Below are positions 62,222-64,000 of a DNA stretch of 64,000 nucleotides, piece by piece. The stretch lies in assembly GCF_964188315.1 (NCBI RefSeq), contig NC_135655.1, forward strand, positions 12,090,001-12,154,000, in the 5' to 3' direction. The notes under the pieces are model-generated. The model saw only the letters and a program-made list of their open reading frames with translations. It was not told where the DNA came from and searched no databases. This DNA is from Podarcis muralis (lineage: Eukaryota). Both the position numbers and the translations under genes were made by a program. Each line of letters opens with the position of its first letter. The first letter of the stretch is position 1.

Positions 62222-62956
62222 TATTTGAAATACTAACAAATTTGATACCTACCATATTTGGCCTTTCCTCTCCCCCCCCCCCCCTTTTTTTTATATAAAA
62301 AAAATAGTGTTGAATTCTAGGCTGGCTTATTTGAGGGGTGGTTGTTTTTACATCCATGTCACTTCTATTTCCTACTGGCTAACAGATACCACTGCTTGGG
62401 CATATTGTGTCCCTAAAGGTTAGATTTTGTGTTTTAGTAAACTGAGGCAGGCGCTTTACATGGAAGCAAGTTCCAAATGGGACAGCTGTAGGGACAAGGG
62501 GTTTGCGTTGTTGCTTTCTGCTTTCCACACAATGCTCTTGGAGGACCAAAATGGGCAAAACTTAAAGAAAAAACCAAAAACCTTGGGGATCGTCCACACT
62601 CCTATTTGTCCTGTGCTTTGAAAGCATGGGTCCAGATCCAAGCAGTTTCCCCCTTGGCCTGCTTCTTTCTCAGGGAAAACCTGCTCTGAATCGGAGCAAA
62701 CAGTCAATCCAGAGAAAACCCAAATTGCCATTTTTATGCTCCAATTGAGCACTAAAGAGTGCTTTCCCCCTGGGAGAAAGCAGCAGGACAAGAGGAAGTG
62801 TGGAATGAGACTTCAGTTGAACAACAGCTAGATTTTTAATGTCCCCTTGGAGCAGGTATTTATCACGCCTCTTGGAGACTTTATTTGCACATGCCTTCAA
62901 TTCTGTCTTGCTTAGCAGTTGCTCACTAAGCTGTGTGTTTGGCTTGTGTTTTCTAG

Positions 62957-63429
62957 ATTACCTGGTTCCAATCCTTTGTGTAGTTTTTAGCATTGTGTGG
63001 TTAACCTGTATAATTATCTGTGTGTGGTGGACGCGAAAGAGAAGAAAAGAGAGAGAGAGAAATCGCCCATCCATAGAAGAGGCTGCAAATAACCAATGGG
63101 CGCCTCTAAATCCCATATGGAATCCTATTGAGAGACCTTGCAACCGCAAAGGCATTCATTATGAACCCAAAAATTTTATAGCTCCTCAAAAAAGAACTTA
63201 CGACGGAGTAGAGGAGTACACAGAGTATGAGGAAGAGGAGGAGGAGGAAGAGAGAGAGGTCATGGAAATGGACAAATTCCTCTCTCACAAACACTCTAAG
63301 CCTTTGTCAGCAAAGGCAATGGATTCCTTAGAGAATAGTCCTATTAAGAAATCTCTTCAGACAACCAAAATGGACAACAGATCTGTAAAAAATGTGAACA
63401 CAGCAAACCTTGAAGGCGGAAGAGACTAA
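62957..63429 (+). CDS. JAG2: JAG2 exon 26 coding part (transmembrane + cytoplasmic tail, stop TAA)
   Basis: ctag|AT TAC CTG...; TM YLVPILCVVFSIVWLTCIIICVWW followed by RKRRKERER; NNQWAPLNP and KMDNRSV motifs; ends LEGGRD with no JAG1-type RMEYIV PDZ motif. Confidence 0.97.
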
Positions 63430-64000
63430 ATCTTTGTTTGGACCATATCCGCGCTGTCAACGTTGAACAGAGTTGGAGAAATTGGCGTCTCCGCTTTGCA
63501 CCAAGGACTTAATTGTCTGGAGTCAAATGTTCATAGTTACTTTATTTTGAATAAAAAAAAGTTAAAATGATAAAAACTTTATTTTGTTTCTTTTAGCCTT
63601 GTATAAATTATTCAATGACTGTCAGATGATAGAGTAATCTTTGATAGTTGCTATTTTTGTAAACCTTACGTGGAGAACACTTGCTGTGTTGGCAGAGGAG
63701 GGAAGTTTGTATTTTCGATTTCATAAAAGTTTATCACCCAAGACTCTACACTGTTTACAGAACGTGTTTCTTTTTACCTGTTGTAACAGTAGCTTAAAAA
63801 CCTCCTGGTTGAGGAAGTTACTGGACTTAAGGGGTAAAAAAACCCTCACATGAACTGTTCTTTTGAATCCATACTTAGAAACCACTCCCTGCGCTTAAGT
63901 TCTGCAAGTTTCCCCCCACCCAAAAAAAAATGCCTTATTTTTTTGGAACAAAAAAATCCTATAGAGATCTTTCAAACTGTGGTTGGAAAAAGTGGCCTTT
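63430..64000 (+). other. JAG2: JAG2 3'UTR (continues beyond window)
   Basis: AU-rich sequence after the stop codon. Confidence 0.85.
63550..63555 (+). terminator. candidate proximal polyadenylation signal AATAAA
   Basis: AATAAA ~120 nt after the stop, U-rich tract at about 63577-63595. Confidence 0.4.

Overview
Vertebrate genomic DNA, most likely a lacertid lizard (inferred from Sauria/Squam-type SINEs, RTE-BovB and typical Tc1/mariner and hAT MITEs). The window holds most of one plus-strand gene, JAG2 (Jagged-2, Notch ligand). Positions 1-16753 are the 3' part of the large intron 2 (exons 1-2 lie upstream of the window). I traced 24 coding exons (3-26, 16754-63429), all GT-AG with consistent phases, totalling 3315 nt (1104 aa + stop): end of the N-terminal C2/MNNL domain, DSL, 16 EGF repeats, vWC/cysteine-rich domain, transmembrane segment and a cytoplasmic tail lacking the JAG1 PDZ motif. 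The 3'UTR runs to the window end. Introns are dense in transposon remnants and microsatellites, and nearly all other ORFs in the track are spurious. I find no convincing new multi-gene system. Best leads: a BovB copy with a twin-priming-like inverted 5' end inside one target-site duplication; a sense LTR-like element carrying an in-frame cryptic terminal exon plus poly(A) signal in intron 2; a recursive-splicing-like exon 17; substitutions at Notch-binding DSL residues and in the MIB1 N-box; and compensatory changes in the BovB-derived stem-loop of the Sauria SINEs. Repeat family names and comparisons to human JAG1/JAG2 come from memory and need database confirmation; old-repeat boundaries are approximate.
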